From Thalia democratica (Eukaryota): a stretch of 64,000 nt of DNA. The stretch lies in contig OZ241827.1 in assembly GCA_965202585.1 (NCBI GenBank), forward strand, positions 5,456,001 to 5,520,000, in the 5' to 3' direction. How positions within the stretch are numbered: position 1 is the stretch's first letter; each line of letters starts with the position of its first letter. The notes below the pieces were generated by a model. It searched no databases, had not been told where the DNA came from, and worked only from the letters and a program-made list of their open reading frames with translations. The position numbers and the translations under genes are program-made. Below, piece after piece: positions 26,201-39,965 of the stretch.

Positions 26201-28959
26201 AGTGTAAATTGCTTTTGGTTACTCATAGATTAGTTTTTTTAAATGTTTTCTTTTGAAAAGTATCAAATTTAAACTTGAATGCATAAGTTTTAACAATAAG
26301 TTAAATCGAAACATTCAAGTAGCTCATCAGAATTACTTTTCTAAATTTTTGCTCTTAATTTTAAGTTTTAAGTAAAAAGTAAACCTTTTAAGTATAAATT
26401 GTTATCTTTTCATAAAGTAATTATTGCAACTACCTGTATTAACTTTAATTTTTATATTGAACAATTTACACAACACTTTAAGTTTATATACTAAAAATAT
26501 GTCTACTAAATTATTTTTTTTTTGAATCAAACAATTCAAAAATTTTTAAACTTTTAGTACACTAAAAATCTTAAGAAAAAGCATATTGTATTATTTAGAT
26601 AACTAAAGAGATAACTAGTTTCATTTAATAATTAATTAACAACTGTTCTTATGTACTGTCGTTTTATATAAAAGAACACAATTTTATTAATTTTTAATTT
26701 AATTATTTTGTATTGTATAGTATTTTGACCGTTTAACGATATTAAAGGTACTAGTTGACTATTTTTTTAAGACCGGTATTGATGAAAAGAAAAAACTCGT
26801 TTATAGTTTGACTAATTGGAATTTACATAACTAAATAATTACCAAAACTTAATTAAAAACCACTGAGTTAATTTACATTGTGTAGGCAGCATACCATCTG
26901 TTTAACTAACAGTTGTTTTTAATCACTTGAATTTTAAATGCTTAATGTCATTTTAAATAATTATTAGTTCAAAGATCTAGGAAGTTTGACCTGTAACTAG
27001 ATTTTTTTTGCGAAGTTAATTTCATTTAATGGTTATTGCTAAAGTATAAGTGTTTCTGTAGTAATACCACCATGTATTCAATAAAGAACTATAAAAATTA
27101 ACTATATGAAAACAAATGTTGCTGTGTTTAAGTTTCGATAGAGGTTTTTTTCCGAAATTTTGTCACAAAGTTTTTACTAATAATTTAATAAGATTTAAGA
27201 AAATAATTAAACAATGTGAATCAACTAATCAGTAGAAGAAAAAAAACAATTTATATTTTTTTCCTTCGACCAAACAGAGAAATAATTAAATTCTAATTAC
27301 TTTATGTTACTTAGTTTAGACCAGGGTTTACCAATTTTTTTTTTACAAATTACACCCTTTGAAGACATTAAAAAGGCTTTTGCCCCTTTCAAAAAGTGTA
27401 CCATTTAAAACACCTAAGACCTTTTTTTGCTTTTCATCTACAACTCATGAATGTGTAGCTATAACATATAAATTGCTAGTAACAATATTTCGTGAAAAAA
27501 ATATTGTTACTAGCAAACTTTAAAACAAATTTTTCATAAAACAAATGGCGAACGTGAATTTGGAGTTTACAATATGACAAGTACTGAATACTCTGAAAAT
27601 CTAATTTTGTAATAAACATCACGGGGTAATAAAATTATGTTAAGAATGTTCTTGTTGTAGAATGACTTGTGTCAGCTATAACGTAAAATTAGAGAACTAA
27701 CAATAGGATTTATAAATCTATTTTGGGGCATGGCATATAAATAAATTAATTTTAACCATAAGTTTAACATCAACCAACAAAGAAAACGAATCAAAATTAA
27801 ATTTGAATTAAAGTTGAAACTAATTAGTAGAGACAAAATTTACAAAACACATGAATATAAAAAAGTAAGTTGTTTAAGAATTACATAAGGTACAGAAAAA
27901 TGTGTAAATTTTAAACTATTTAATTTTACAGAAACAAATGTGAACAAGTTTGACAACCAAAATTTAAAAGGCTAGCTTTTAGTATTATTTATTAATTTTA
28001 CAGTATGTTTTAGCATAATTTTCAATAAGTTTTAATGACAGATAAAAGCAATATTATTAATGATTCTTTTAAATTTAGTATATTTTTAGAAACTTACATT
28101 CTAGTAAATTATATTTAAAAAAATGCTAATAAAGTTTTACTGCATCAGTTTTAAATGAAATGTAATGCAAAATTTTGTTTAAAAAAATAGCGTAGACACA
28201 ATAGATTAACTTTTTTGTGCTTTCCATGTGCACCCAAAATAAAATTTTTGAACGCGGCAATCTACTTAAAACAAAACTCAAAGATTGTTTTGCCTAAACT
28301 CAGTAGTCAGCTAGTAGTTTAAATCTATGCTTATGACGTAATAAGTAAATTTAAAGTACTTTTAAACTTACGAAACATTTTAATAATATCTCTAAAAGGT
28401 AGCTTAGTTTTCCCCTGTAAAATAATTTCAGTGGAATGCAGCTGAAGACTGTAAATTGAAGAGTTACTACATTTTAGTCGCAAAACAGTATAGAATAGGT
28501 TTAGTTTCTTTCTCCTGACGTAGTAAATGTATTTAAATAATCTTAAAGTTGCAAAAAAAAAAAACAATAAAGTATTTATTGCTGTTAAAGCTGTCATAAA
28601 TAGTTTTTAGACGATGAAGTACCACCTAGAAATTGAAGTCTACAAACTGAAAATTTTAGAAATTTTTGGTATTACTTTTTGTAAGTTATTCATTGAATTT
28701 TTTTATAACTCCTCTTTTTATCGTTTGACAACAAGTTTAAAACAAAACAGCGTTAATGTATTAGGAATACAAAAACGACGTTAAATATTTCCAACTGTTT
28801 GTGTTTAAAGATATATTAATATCGATGAAATATGTCATTTCTAATTTCTATTCTACTGTTTAAATCCTATTTTACGGATATTTAAAGTTAGAAATTTTGA
28901 CAATTTATACTAGCAATAAATTTGTTTCGCACTACTTTATTTTAATCATATTGATTTCT

Positions 28960-29120
28960 TTACGCATTTATAAACTCCGCAACAAAGTTGGAATCTGGTC
29001 ATTTATTGATCAGTACAAGTTTTAGATTCGTAAATATATTGATTTTATTTATCGTAAGAATTGATTTTCGTGACTAAAGGAGCAAAGTTCACAACAAAGT
29101 CGATGTCTGGTCACTTTTTG
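28960..29120 (+). repeat. Family M short repeat (second copy ~34885-34935)
   Basis: AGGAGCAAAGTTCACAA.AAA is at both sites, with an internal duplication of ACAAAGT..A..TCTGGTCA.TT at 28980 and 29092. Confidence 0.5.
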
Positions 29121-30869
29121 ATTTATTGATTAATTTTCTTGTAAAAACTTTTCAAATTTTTCTTGTAAAAAAAATATATTGTAGGAGTAGAATACTAGTT
29201 TTTGAATGGGTTTTAAACAATGTATACTACTAAAAAATGTGTTTTCAATGGTGTAAGTTTTACTTATTACTAGGTTATTCTTCTTGTGTATTTTTTTAAA
29301 GATTACAATAAAAATTCTTGACTTTAAAATTAATATAATATTATCGCTTCAATTTTTTTAATTTTATTTTCAAAACAATGTTTAACTCGTTTGAATTAAT
29401 TGAAAGAGTGAAGCATTGGTTTAAAAATAATAAAAAAAAAGTAAATTGAGGTTATCTTTATCTAAAAGAAAGCTATTATTTTTTTATTGCCTTAGTTAAT
29501 AATAATAAATGTCAATATTAAATTATCACCTGCCGTATACAAAAAACCTTTGTAGCTTTTTAAAGCTTAAAAAGTAGCACACTTTTATTGAAGAATACTT
29601 TTAAAAGTATTTAATTTTGTATTTAAAATAATTCTTGCGTTAGTAGATACTTTAATTCTAAACTGTGATAAATGTTATTTAATACAAGTGATCATTTTTA
29701 CTACATTAGTAAAGAGAAAATTTATGATATTTGTGTCTTTACATGGTTAAAAACAATCAAAAGTAACATTTATGACTTACAGTTAATATATTCTTTAATA
29801 GATAGCTAAAAATAAAAAACAATATTGAGATGGTTTAAAAAATACTAGATATTTATTTATTTTTTATTTGTAAATAAAACAGTATATTTTAAGTGAACAA
29901 AAGTATTTAGTCATTTTTGTTATAAACATTTAACAAAATATGAAACTCATATAGTTATGCCTGAGTTAGTTAATTTTATGTAAAATAGTTTTCAAATGCT
30001 CTGAAATATTAAAATACACTAAAAAAAGTGTTGTATACTTTAATTGGTCATTTTAAAAGTTCATTTTAACAGAAGTTTAAGTTACTTCTATGCTTTAAAT
30101 TTTTTAACTAATGTAATATAAAGTAGAAAACTAAACTCTTTATTTTAGTTCCACCATTGTGAGAAAATACTGTTTTAGATTATTAAACTAACAATAAATA
30201 AACAAGTTTATCATTAAACAAAGCAAAGTACGTGATTTTGACGTTAAAGTCTGAAAAATGTCAAATATTCAGCACAGTAGTTATATATTTTTACAGTAAA
30301 CATTACGTTGCTTTACAAGTATGCTAAGAAATTTTTTTATTGTTAAAACTAATTCAAAATTGCTTTTACTTTAGAGTTATTTTACTAATTTAGTAATAGA
30401 AAAAAACTGCTACTTTTAGTTTCTATTTATTTTTATTTTTTGTAGTTTAATAACTTTGACTTTAGTTTAAAACTTGAAAATTAGAGATAAACAAGTTGTT
30501 AAAAACTGATTTTACAAAAATATCTAATAGCAGTAAAGAATAATTATGTATAAGTAACCTTTAAACATTTAAATTTTTATAAAAAACTAACAATTATTAG
30601 GTACTAACACTACTTAATGTAGACAACAGTAAAAAATAATAAACAAAAATAGAGTTTTATAAAAAAACTGCTAAGAAAGTTGTAACTTTTACTTATTTAT
30701 TTTTGTAAATTAGACTTATACCAAAAACTTTAATAATATAATTGTTATAAAACTGCTTCAGTTTTTTGAAATATACAAAACTTAATAGACTAATATTTAT
30801 TGTTTATTAAAAAACCTACTGTTTAGATTAAAATTTAGGGTATTTAAAGTTTAAGTTTATGAACAAACT

Positions 30870-32000
30870 ATTCTTACACTTCTTTTCGATCTCCGGGGAA
30901 TAGAATAAGTGTGAGAAACTTGTACGAAACACTTGTTGAAGTCCCTTCGAAAGTTTTAATCTCCCCAAGTTTAACTGAAGGATTATTTTGCTATAAGCTA
31001 GAAGTCAACTAGAAGCTGATTTCCTGCTTATGACATATTAAATGTATTTCAACTACTTTCAAACTACGCAGATTGGACACAAGTATATGATGTTGTTGAA
31101 ATTCTATAAAAAAACCTTGTTGTAGTCCTGTTGAAGGTAGTAATCTCGCCAAAGTCATTTAAAGGATTACTGCGTTGTGTACACTACTTAATAGTCAACT
31201 GGTGAAGGAATGCGCTCAAAAGCAATTTAATTTCCTTCTTATGGCGTTATAATTGTTTTAACCAATCTTAAACTCATTAAACATGTTCAAGCATACAACC
31301 ATACGTGTCGGTATAACTTTAAAAAGTTTAATGTTTTAATTTGCAAATAAAAGAACTTTTTTCAATTTTATTTATTTTGTATGGAATATTTATTACGTTA
31401 TAAACAGTAAAATTAATCACTTATCTTGAAAAAAATGTTTAAAATATTTTCTAGAAGGCTTTAAATTTTAAACATAGTCTACATACGTTAAATTTTAAAC
31501 TGATACAATCAATGTAGAACAAAAAAATATGTCTTATTATATGTTTTTTAACCTTAATAACTTTTGGAAAGAAAAACAATTGTTGTTTTACAGTGCCAAT
31601 TAAACGTTATAAAAGTTAGAAAATTTGTCAAAGTTTATGTATACTGGTAGTGCTTGAAATTTATCTAGAGTAAAGTTTATAAAACCCATGTTATAATATC
31701 TAACTTGTCAGCAGAAAATCGTTTCCCTCTACTTGATATCGCCTTTTTATTAGTTAGCTACCTTTTCATTTTTTCGACCCCTTACTAGCTATTTCCCCTG
31801 ATAGCAAAAACGATATTGCCCACTCTTAGAAACCTAGGTTTAAAGCGTACACAACTTTCACACAAGTTCTAAGTTTTGCCAAAGTAATGTTTTGCCACCG
31901 TCTATTATACTAAAGGTGGACACCGTAATGCCCGAACACAGAAATATCGTATCAAAAACCAATAACGTGCATAAAAATAATTTAGAATTTATTAAAACAA
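30870..32000 (-). pseudogene. Possible decayed secreted-protein gene fragments
   Basis: Raised GC. Minus-strand peptides include a signal-peptide-like FLCTLLVFDTIFLCSG and two similar segments, SNPLNDFGEITTFNRTTT and NNPSVKLGEIKTFEGTST, interrupted by stops and frameshifts. Confidence 0.3.
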
Positions 32001-35000
32001 ATATTTCAAAATTTGCTCTTGAGTTGAATTTAAATTGACCACAGTTGGTATTAAATGATCGTTTATAATCAATCAAGTTAAATCTAATTTTTAAATTTTT
32101 TTAAATGTTTTATTGCTAGTTTGTTTAAACTACGTAGCGCGTAAAAAAATTCTAGCAGAAATTGACCTTTTACCTAAAAATGCTACCAAAATTGTTATAA
32201 TGTATATTTTATATTATCTCTCACGCTTAAGTGTTTTTTTAAGTGTTGGTGCTTTTGTTAGTTTTTGCATAGATGTTTAAATTTTTTGCTAAATAGTTTG
32301 CTACATGTATTTACTTCATTAATTTTTTCAACTAAGTGTTTTTTTTCTTTGTTTAATTTTATAGAAAAAAAAATTTTAACACTAAAAATAAATCTAGCGT
32401 AGCTAGATTAAGGTAAATTCTGTATGATATGTAACATTAAAAATAATTTAAAAAACTATGAGCAAGTTACTGTGTTTTAGCTTGGACAAAAACAAAATAT
32501 ATTGTTCTTTTTTGCAAAAAAGCAAAATTGAAATTTCGAGCTGTCAAAAAAAAAATTTATTCGTTTTTTTTTTCTCGTGGAGTATTTTCCTAATTTGAAT
32601 CAAGGTTTATGACATTTATAAAAATTACAAATAGTTGGCTAATAAAAACTTTGATTAAATTTTTAATGAAATAAAATGCTGAATAAAATTCAGTTATAAA
32701 ATAAATTTCTATAAACGTAAAAAGCTAACATATGGTTAATTAAACAATTCCTTTTTAATTGGAATTAAAACAACCTTTTGACAGAAATTTAGATCCTATT
32801 TATAACATTATTTATTTTTCAAGTAATTTATTTTACTTACTTAATCTAGAGATAAGTCTTTCATTAGCTTTGGTGAGTGTATTTTGAGCTTTTTTACTTT
32901 CTCTACTAACAGTTTTATCTTTTTGTTATTGTGAATAGCTGAAATAAACTCAACTTAAAAAGCAAAACAAAAAAAAATAAAAACTACTTCTCAAGGAAAC
33001 AAATCAACTACACATATATTAAAAAAACTTGTGTTTTTTGTTTTCAAAAAAAGAACTTATAGATCAGTCTAAGAATATGCCAAAGATAATATATAAATAT
33101 AAAACTGCACATATGAATTTTCAACTGTTTAACGACTGACTATTCTTTATTTTTGAAAATTAAAAAGACCTTAAGAGTAATAAAAATTTATAGTAAAAAA
33201 TGTTTCTATATATTTAAAAGTTCATATTTAAAAGTAAATTTTATAATTATTTAACTGAACAGCTTTAAACACACTTGCACAAAATATTATTAATATTATA
33301 ATTTAGTTGAAATTTTCTTAAAATTAAAAAAAAAAATACAAAAAAAAAATGTTTTATTCCGAAAAGTATGAAAATTTGAAATGAGTATTTGGAAATGTAG
33401 TAAGCATAATGGTTAATAAGTTAGTTGCTTACTTAACTTAATGAAATCTACATTTTATAGTATTCTTCTATGCTTAATCATTACTTAACTCTAATCACGT
33501 TTAGGCCTCATAAGTTAAATTCATTTAGAATTTATCATAAACAGAACTTTTCGAATATATTCTATTTTTGATTACTTTATTTGTTAAAATCAGCAATTAT
33601 AAAAATCTTCAGAAAAATATCTTAAGTTTAATTGTCGGGGTCCCTTACTTTTTCCTAATCAATGTTTCACGACTCAACAACATTTTTCCTTTCAAGTATA
33701 CTGTTTTGCAGGATAAAACTTCATTCTGGTTCTACTCAAAGTTAGATTTACACTAACTTTTGATTTAATAACTTTTACGCTTTTTATAATTTATTAGTTT
33801 TTTTTTTGGAGTTAAAAAGCGGTAGCCTTTGTACATCACTTACTTAAGTGAGTGTTGTTGAAAAAAATATTAAACAAGTCTCTTAATAAAAAAAATTATG
33901 TATTTATAGTTTGTTTACTGAACACTAACTTATTATTAAATACTGCAGATAATGTGAATTTGACCTTTAGTATTTGAAAAATGACAAATAGTTTAAATAT
34001 GTAGCGATTGTTTTACAGTAAACATTATAAGGTCAGGGATGCGTAACTTAAAACTAACAGTATTTTTGAAAATTTCTTGCTGACCGCTATTTAAAATTTA
34101 TTTAACTTAATACTAATAACCAAATTCTAAAAATATTTAAACTTAAAATTTGAGAAAACATGCAAAATGATAAAGTAACTGGTAACTACTAAATATAAAA
34201 ATTGAGCCTAGTTTTAAGTTTTTGACACTTTTTTTTTGTCTTAAAAAAGTAGGTTTTCAATATAAAACTACCTTACTTTGTTTATTTTTACTTTGCTTAA
34301 ATCAAAACTTTGCATGAAGTTTGTTTAACTGTGTTTAAAACTTTCTTAAATAAACAAAGTTAAAAATAAGTAAGTATATAAAATTTTTTTTTAGTATGTA
34401 AATGATTTGTTTGGTTTTTAATCTAAAGGAAGAGTCTTTAAAAGTTCTTAATCTCATTTTACTTACTTTAAATTAGTATTTCAAGCTCACACAAAAATTT
34501 TCTTTTAAATTTTTGTTAAACTAAAACGAATAAAAATTCAATTAGCTATTTTTTAAACATTTAGTTTGAATTAATTGCTTATTTAAATGTTAAATATCCA
34601 CTGAGGAGTAATTTTCTCAGCATTTAAAACATAAAAGTTTATTAACTGTACCTATTTTCTAAAGGTATTTTTGTTTACATCTAGAATTTTTAAACACCAC
34701 TATTTGTTTTAATCACCGTTTAAAAATAAAAGTCCAAAATAAAACTTCAAATATTTAAATTTATCTGCTTGAAACCCTAGTTTTTTTCCCAATCAATGTT
34801 TTGAGATTTTTAAACGTTTTAATTTTTCCTTGGCTCCATCGCTAGTCCGTAAAACAAAAATTTATTCAATTCTTCTTATTCACGTGTTTTTAGGAGCAAA
34901 GTTCACAATAAATCACAAATCGGTCAGTCTGAATCGATAATACTGTCTAGAATTTAACTATTTTCTATAAATTAACACGCTGTAAATAAAAATTGTTTAA

Positions 35001-35509
35001 AAGTATAACTAGTTGTTGAAACTTTTGTTTTTTGATCGATATTACTGTCTGGAGTTTAAGCTTTTAAGAAAACAGAGTGTTTCGGTTAAAAATAACTGAA
35101 AACTGTTTAAAGAACTTTTAAGTTTTTAAAATTTTATTTATTATAGTTTTTAGTGTTTTTTTGTACAGCGAAATAAAACTTTTTTGTTTGGCGTATTTAA
35201 GATTTATTTCTATTAAAACAATAATAATATTTGAAACACATGTAAAAAATTTTAATTTTAACTCTAAACGTTAATTTAACTAAACAAGTTGGTTTAAAAA
35301 GGTGAAAAAATTAATAAAATTCTAAGAAAAATGTTTCAAATTTCATGTAGACATAAATTTTTACGAATTAAAATATATTCATACTATATTACACCATTAC
35401 GCTAATTTATTTTTAATTTACTTAAAAATTAAACTATAAACATAATAATTAATCTATTTACTATGCAAGTGGTTTTAAACGTTTTCACTTTTAACTTGTA
35501 GTTTAAGTG

Positions 35510-35680
35510 TTATTTTTTATGACGTCACAACTTAATCAGTTTTGCAAAATGATTCGCTGCAGCCGATTAGGTTCACGAAAAACTTGTTGTCATGACAACA
35601 GACGGTGAGCACCGAAACCATGGTTACTACGGAAACTGTTACCACAGTTACTAAATTCTAGATCAATTAATTTTTTTATT
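35510..35680 (-). repeat. Family C repeat, inverted
   Basis: TGACGTCA, TTTGCAAA..GCTGCAG, perfect palindrome GTTGTCATGACAAC (35586-35599), AGACGGTGAGC, GTTACTACGGAAAC. Confidence 0.8.
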
Positions 35681-35929
35681 TTACAGTTTATCAATAAAGA
35701 TAAAAAACTATTAATATGCTTGTACTTGTCTACTTTTCAATTTTTCTATCATAAAAAATTCTGATATCATTTAGTTTTCTATATTGCAAATACTAAATAA
35801 AAACAAAGCTTTTTTGTCAGTACATGAAACTTAGTTTTTATGCTTATAGTAATTAGAAAATGTTTCTTATGTTGCTAATATCGAGCAAAAAATTTTTTCA
35901 CACGTAGTCACTGCCTCTCAAAGGGGTCG

Positions 35930-36075
35930 TCTCACTTCCTTTGTTAACCCAAAATAATCCCCTAAACCGTGATAATGCGGCCCCTTTTATTTCCACAACA
36001 TCAAAGGCATCATTAACACCGAGTTTATATTTAAAGCTTCTTAGTGAATTTTACGCCGGCGAACTCAGAATATTA
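35930..36075 (-). repeat. Family E repeat, inverted
   Basis: AATAATCCCCTAAACCGTG...GGCCCCTTTTATTTCCACAACATCAAAGG is the reverse complement of the E core. Confidence 0.7.
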
Positions 36076-37619
36076 CATATTTTCACTTGTAAGCTATACG
36101 TTGTCTGCTTGACTAAAATTAAAAAAAAGTTGTTAAAATAATAGATTTTAACTCTTTTGTAAATTTTAATATGATAATTCAAACCTTTATTTTAAACAAT
36201 GTGTTCACTGTAGGATAATAGTTTTGATTGTTACCTTTGTAAATGGTAGAACGTATGTATGATTCGAACAGCTTTGTTGTAGCTTGAAATAGATTTTTAG
36301 ACTTTAATCTAAATCTAACAGAAGAAAAAACTTTTATTAACCTTAGTGAAGCGGTTTTTAGGTTTGTGAAAGCTCTATAGAAATAAACTAGTTTTTTATA
36401 CGATAGAATGAAATTTAATCATTTTGTACATTAATTATATTATACTGTTCAAAAATTATGTATGTAAAACCTGTTACTTTTATTTAGCTTATAAGATCAA
36501 ATTTTATCGTTAACAAAAAGATATTTTTCTTGGATTTTATAAAAGTACTAATTAAAAGTTTGTTCAAAAATATATGCTATTTAGAATTGTATTTGTATGA
36601 GTTTTGAATTAAGTGTGTAATTCTCGAACTAATTAAAAATTTCGAAACAGTTCTTTTTTTTTCTAACTAATATACATATAAAATTGGAGCGTAGCATTTT
36701 TATTATAAGCGTATAAAAAGTAATTACTAAGACAAGTTCGTTTAACTTTGTATAAGTAAATTATTCTTGCATAATGACGATAGTTGTAATGTTTTTTTGG
36801 ATTGGTTTAAACTAAACAGTACACATTTACTATATTTCGGATTTTTACTGTTATAACATTAGTAACAAGTTTTCTAAATACAAAAATTTTTAATCGTTAA
36901 AAACATGTTAAAATCAACATGTAAGCATTAAATTTTTATACGTTTCTTGCTAATACTAAAGGTGAAAGTGAAAAAAAGCGCATTAACACCAATAACAATT
37001 TGATCTAACAAAAATGTCTTAGAAAAAACGATTTCAAAGTATGTATGATCACTTTATTTGGAAAAAGTAAAATATAATGAGCTAAAACATATTAAAAATT
37101 AAAAGGCTTTAATCATAAGAAAAATTTATAAACTAATAAAAACTATTAAAAAATACATTCAAAATCGAAAAGTTGTAGATATTTTTTTGCTAGGTTAGGG
37201 GAGAAGATTGTACTAAAATCTTTAAATTGTTTATGTAAGTAAGTTCAAGTTCTTTCCGAGTTTTGATAAATGTTTTGTAAAATTGAGAAAAACTCTGTAC
37301 ACATGTTTAGTTTAGTTTTAATTAACTAGTTTTTTTTTTTAATATTAGAATTACCATTATTTTTTTAAAATACAGTACTACAAAAAAAACTCTGTTAAAT
37401 TTCTTATTACTTTAAGAAAAACAAGACAATGAATGTTTTTATAGATTTAAAACAACTATCGGATTTACATTAAATACCTTTTACAAGTTTTCAAACAGCT
37501 ACTAATATTATATTTAGAAAACTCATTTAACAGCATCTTTTTAGGAAGATAGTTGTTCAGTACAAACTGTTAATATAAAAATGTTAACCCAAAATATGTA
37601 TTATGTCAATTTATGAGGT

Positions 37620-37830
37620 TCTCATTATTACGTCATACTTACTTTGGTTTGCAGCATCATTTTGCAGAAAGTCCTGCTAATAAAAGCGTGTGAGCTCAAT
37701 TTTAAATTGACCCTAGCAACGGAACCGAGTTATCGTGGTTGTTATGGCAACAGAAGGTTGGCGTGGCAACTTGGTGACCATTGCAATTTGTTGCTACGGT
37801 AACTTGGATCGATATACTCATGTAAGATTA
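37620..37830 (-). repeat. Family C repeat, inverted
   Basis: TTACGTCA, TTTGCAGC, then four X-box-like 14-mers at 37738, 37757, 37774 and 37790, ending AACTTGGATCGA. Confidence 0.75.
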
Positions 37831-38483
37831 TTTTTGAAAACAAGCTGCAAAATTAAATATAAAACAAACATTGTTTTTTTAAGTATTCAAAATAAGCAAC
37901 TTTTTAGAGAAAGAGTTGTTTATGAGTAATTTATTTCTATCAAAATAATAATGAGCCTTGTTGCTTTCACATCAGTAATAACATTAAAAGATGCAAGTCT
38001 ATTATTTACACATACAGTAAACTTTAAGTCAAAAAAATTGCGCGTTGTGACACAGTTGTCATTTTAATACGAATTAAAAATTTTGCAAGTTTCCACTTTA
38101 ATGTTTTAAGTTAATATCAAACTAAACTAGTATAATAATCAAAACAAACCTAGTTAAACTTAAAACAAGTGTTAATAAAAAAATAAGACTTAACACAAAA
38201 ATAATAAACTTAAAACATAATTACAATAGATGTAAAAAGATTTAGAGAAAAAGTGATGCTGTGCAAAAGAGATGACTCGTAAAAAAGTGACTCTCGTCAT
38301 ACATATACGCTAAAACCTGTATAGTCAGTTTTTTAATTGAAAAATTTAAAACGCTCACTTCTTGTTTTTGTTTGAATATATAGAATATAAACAAGTTGAA
38401 AATATATCATCGTTAATAAAAACCGCTTATTAAAAAGTGATTTTGTAGCTTGATTAAGTAGCTTGCATCTTTACTTTTTTATA

Positions 38484-38555
38484 TATACTACTATAAAGTG
38501 TAGGTTCTATTATACTACTATAAAATATAGGTTTTTTGTATATTATACTATAAGT
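38484..38555. repeat. Short tandem repeat, ~27-bp unit, ~2.5 copies
   Basis: TATACTACTATAAA.T.TAGGTT occurs at 38484 and 38511. Confidence 0.6.
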
Positions 38556-39176
38556 TGTTACATATTAACTTTACGCATAACTCTTATTGTATTCATTGCC
38601 TTTACTTTTAATATTTATTTAAAGAAATAATTATCATAGTATAAGAAAAAAAGTTTTTAATTTGTTCGCGTGTTTTGTTGTTGTATTAGTTGAAATTTAT
38701 TCTCAATACTTGTAAAATATTAAAACTAAATGTATTAAACAAAAATTGTAGTTTACAAAATAATTATTGCCTCATTTAGTTCAGTTGTAATAATATTAAA
38801 AACTATTTAAAACATATAACTAAAAGCACGTTACTAACTATCTAAGAGCTAATAAAATTAAAACAACTACAATATTTTATGATTTAATTAATATTATTTT
38901 AAAATTTAAAAATAAAACCAGTTTTGGTTACAAAAGCTTAAAGTATTCTTGGTATTCTGTATTCCAAATCTTAAAATAAATCTTAATAAATATGAAAGCC
39001 AACTTAAATCTACATGAATTCGTCTTTTAGTATTTCACTAACCTTTCTGAGCTATAAAAAATATTATAGTATTAGTTTTTGACTTAAGCTTTTTAAAGGA
39101 TTATAGAGAAAAATAATCTTAACTTACAAACAACAGTAAAAAACCATGTTTAAAAATTTGCAAAAATTAATAATAT

Positions 39177-39965
39177 CAGTAACCTCTCGCATCTTTACGC
39201 ACTCGTGACGTTACGCACTCTCGTTTAGTTACGCATTAATTTTCAAAAATACAAATCCCTTTTAATTTGATTTTGCACAAACTAGGTTTATTGTATATTT
39301 TTAAATTAGAATATGTTTTAAATGCTAACTCATCTCTCTATATCTTTAGACTTTGTAAACTTATATTTCTGGACTAATTGATAAACATTTAGTTATACCG
39401 CAGTATATAAGAAATTTTGTTAACAATAAGAGATTAAATAAAAGTTCTAAACATAAACAATTTTTATTAAACATTGTTTTTATATTTTACATATTTTTGT
39501 TCAAAATAAGAAATTCAATACAGCACCAAATGCATGTATTTGTAAAAGGCTACAGAAACAAATTTCAGTATAGAGACCACACCATTTCTGAATTGTAAAC
39601 AAATGCTTAATTACAAGTTGAATTTGCTGAGTAGAATGATATAAATGTTAAGTATCAAATAAGTCACTTATAATTAAAGATAAATATAAAATCTACTTAC
39701 GATTAAAAATTAGTATTTTACTTAAATTTAAATCACTTTTTTATTTAATATATGTATAGTTTTATCTTTGGTTTTCATATTGAGAAATAAAGTAAACAAA
39801 TTGTTAAAAGTGGGAAAGTTCCTAGTCTGCTTTTAACTGGAAGCAATATTAAAAAACAGCCATTATAATAAGTATGTTTAGAACCTCTCGTATCTTTACG
39901 ATATCTCGTATCTTTACGCAATTTCTCTTTGGACACAATGTGCGTAAATAGGCGAGAGGTTACTG
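39177..39965 (-). mobile_element. pogo/Tigger-like MITE, complete copy (family G)
   Basis: 14-bp perfect TIR CAGTAACCTCTCGC / GCGAGAGGTTACTG. Subterminal TCTCGTATCTTTACG and TTACGCA repeats. It aligns in inverted orientation with 6151-6768. Confidence 0.85.

Noticed and set aside
27322-27420. CAGGGTTTACCA preceded by GTTTAGAC (hAT-like left end)
   Set aside because: No matching right TIR or TSD found.
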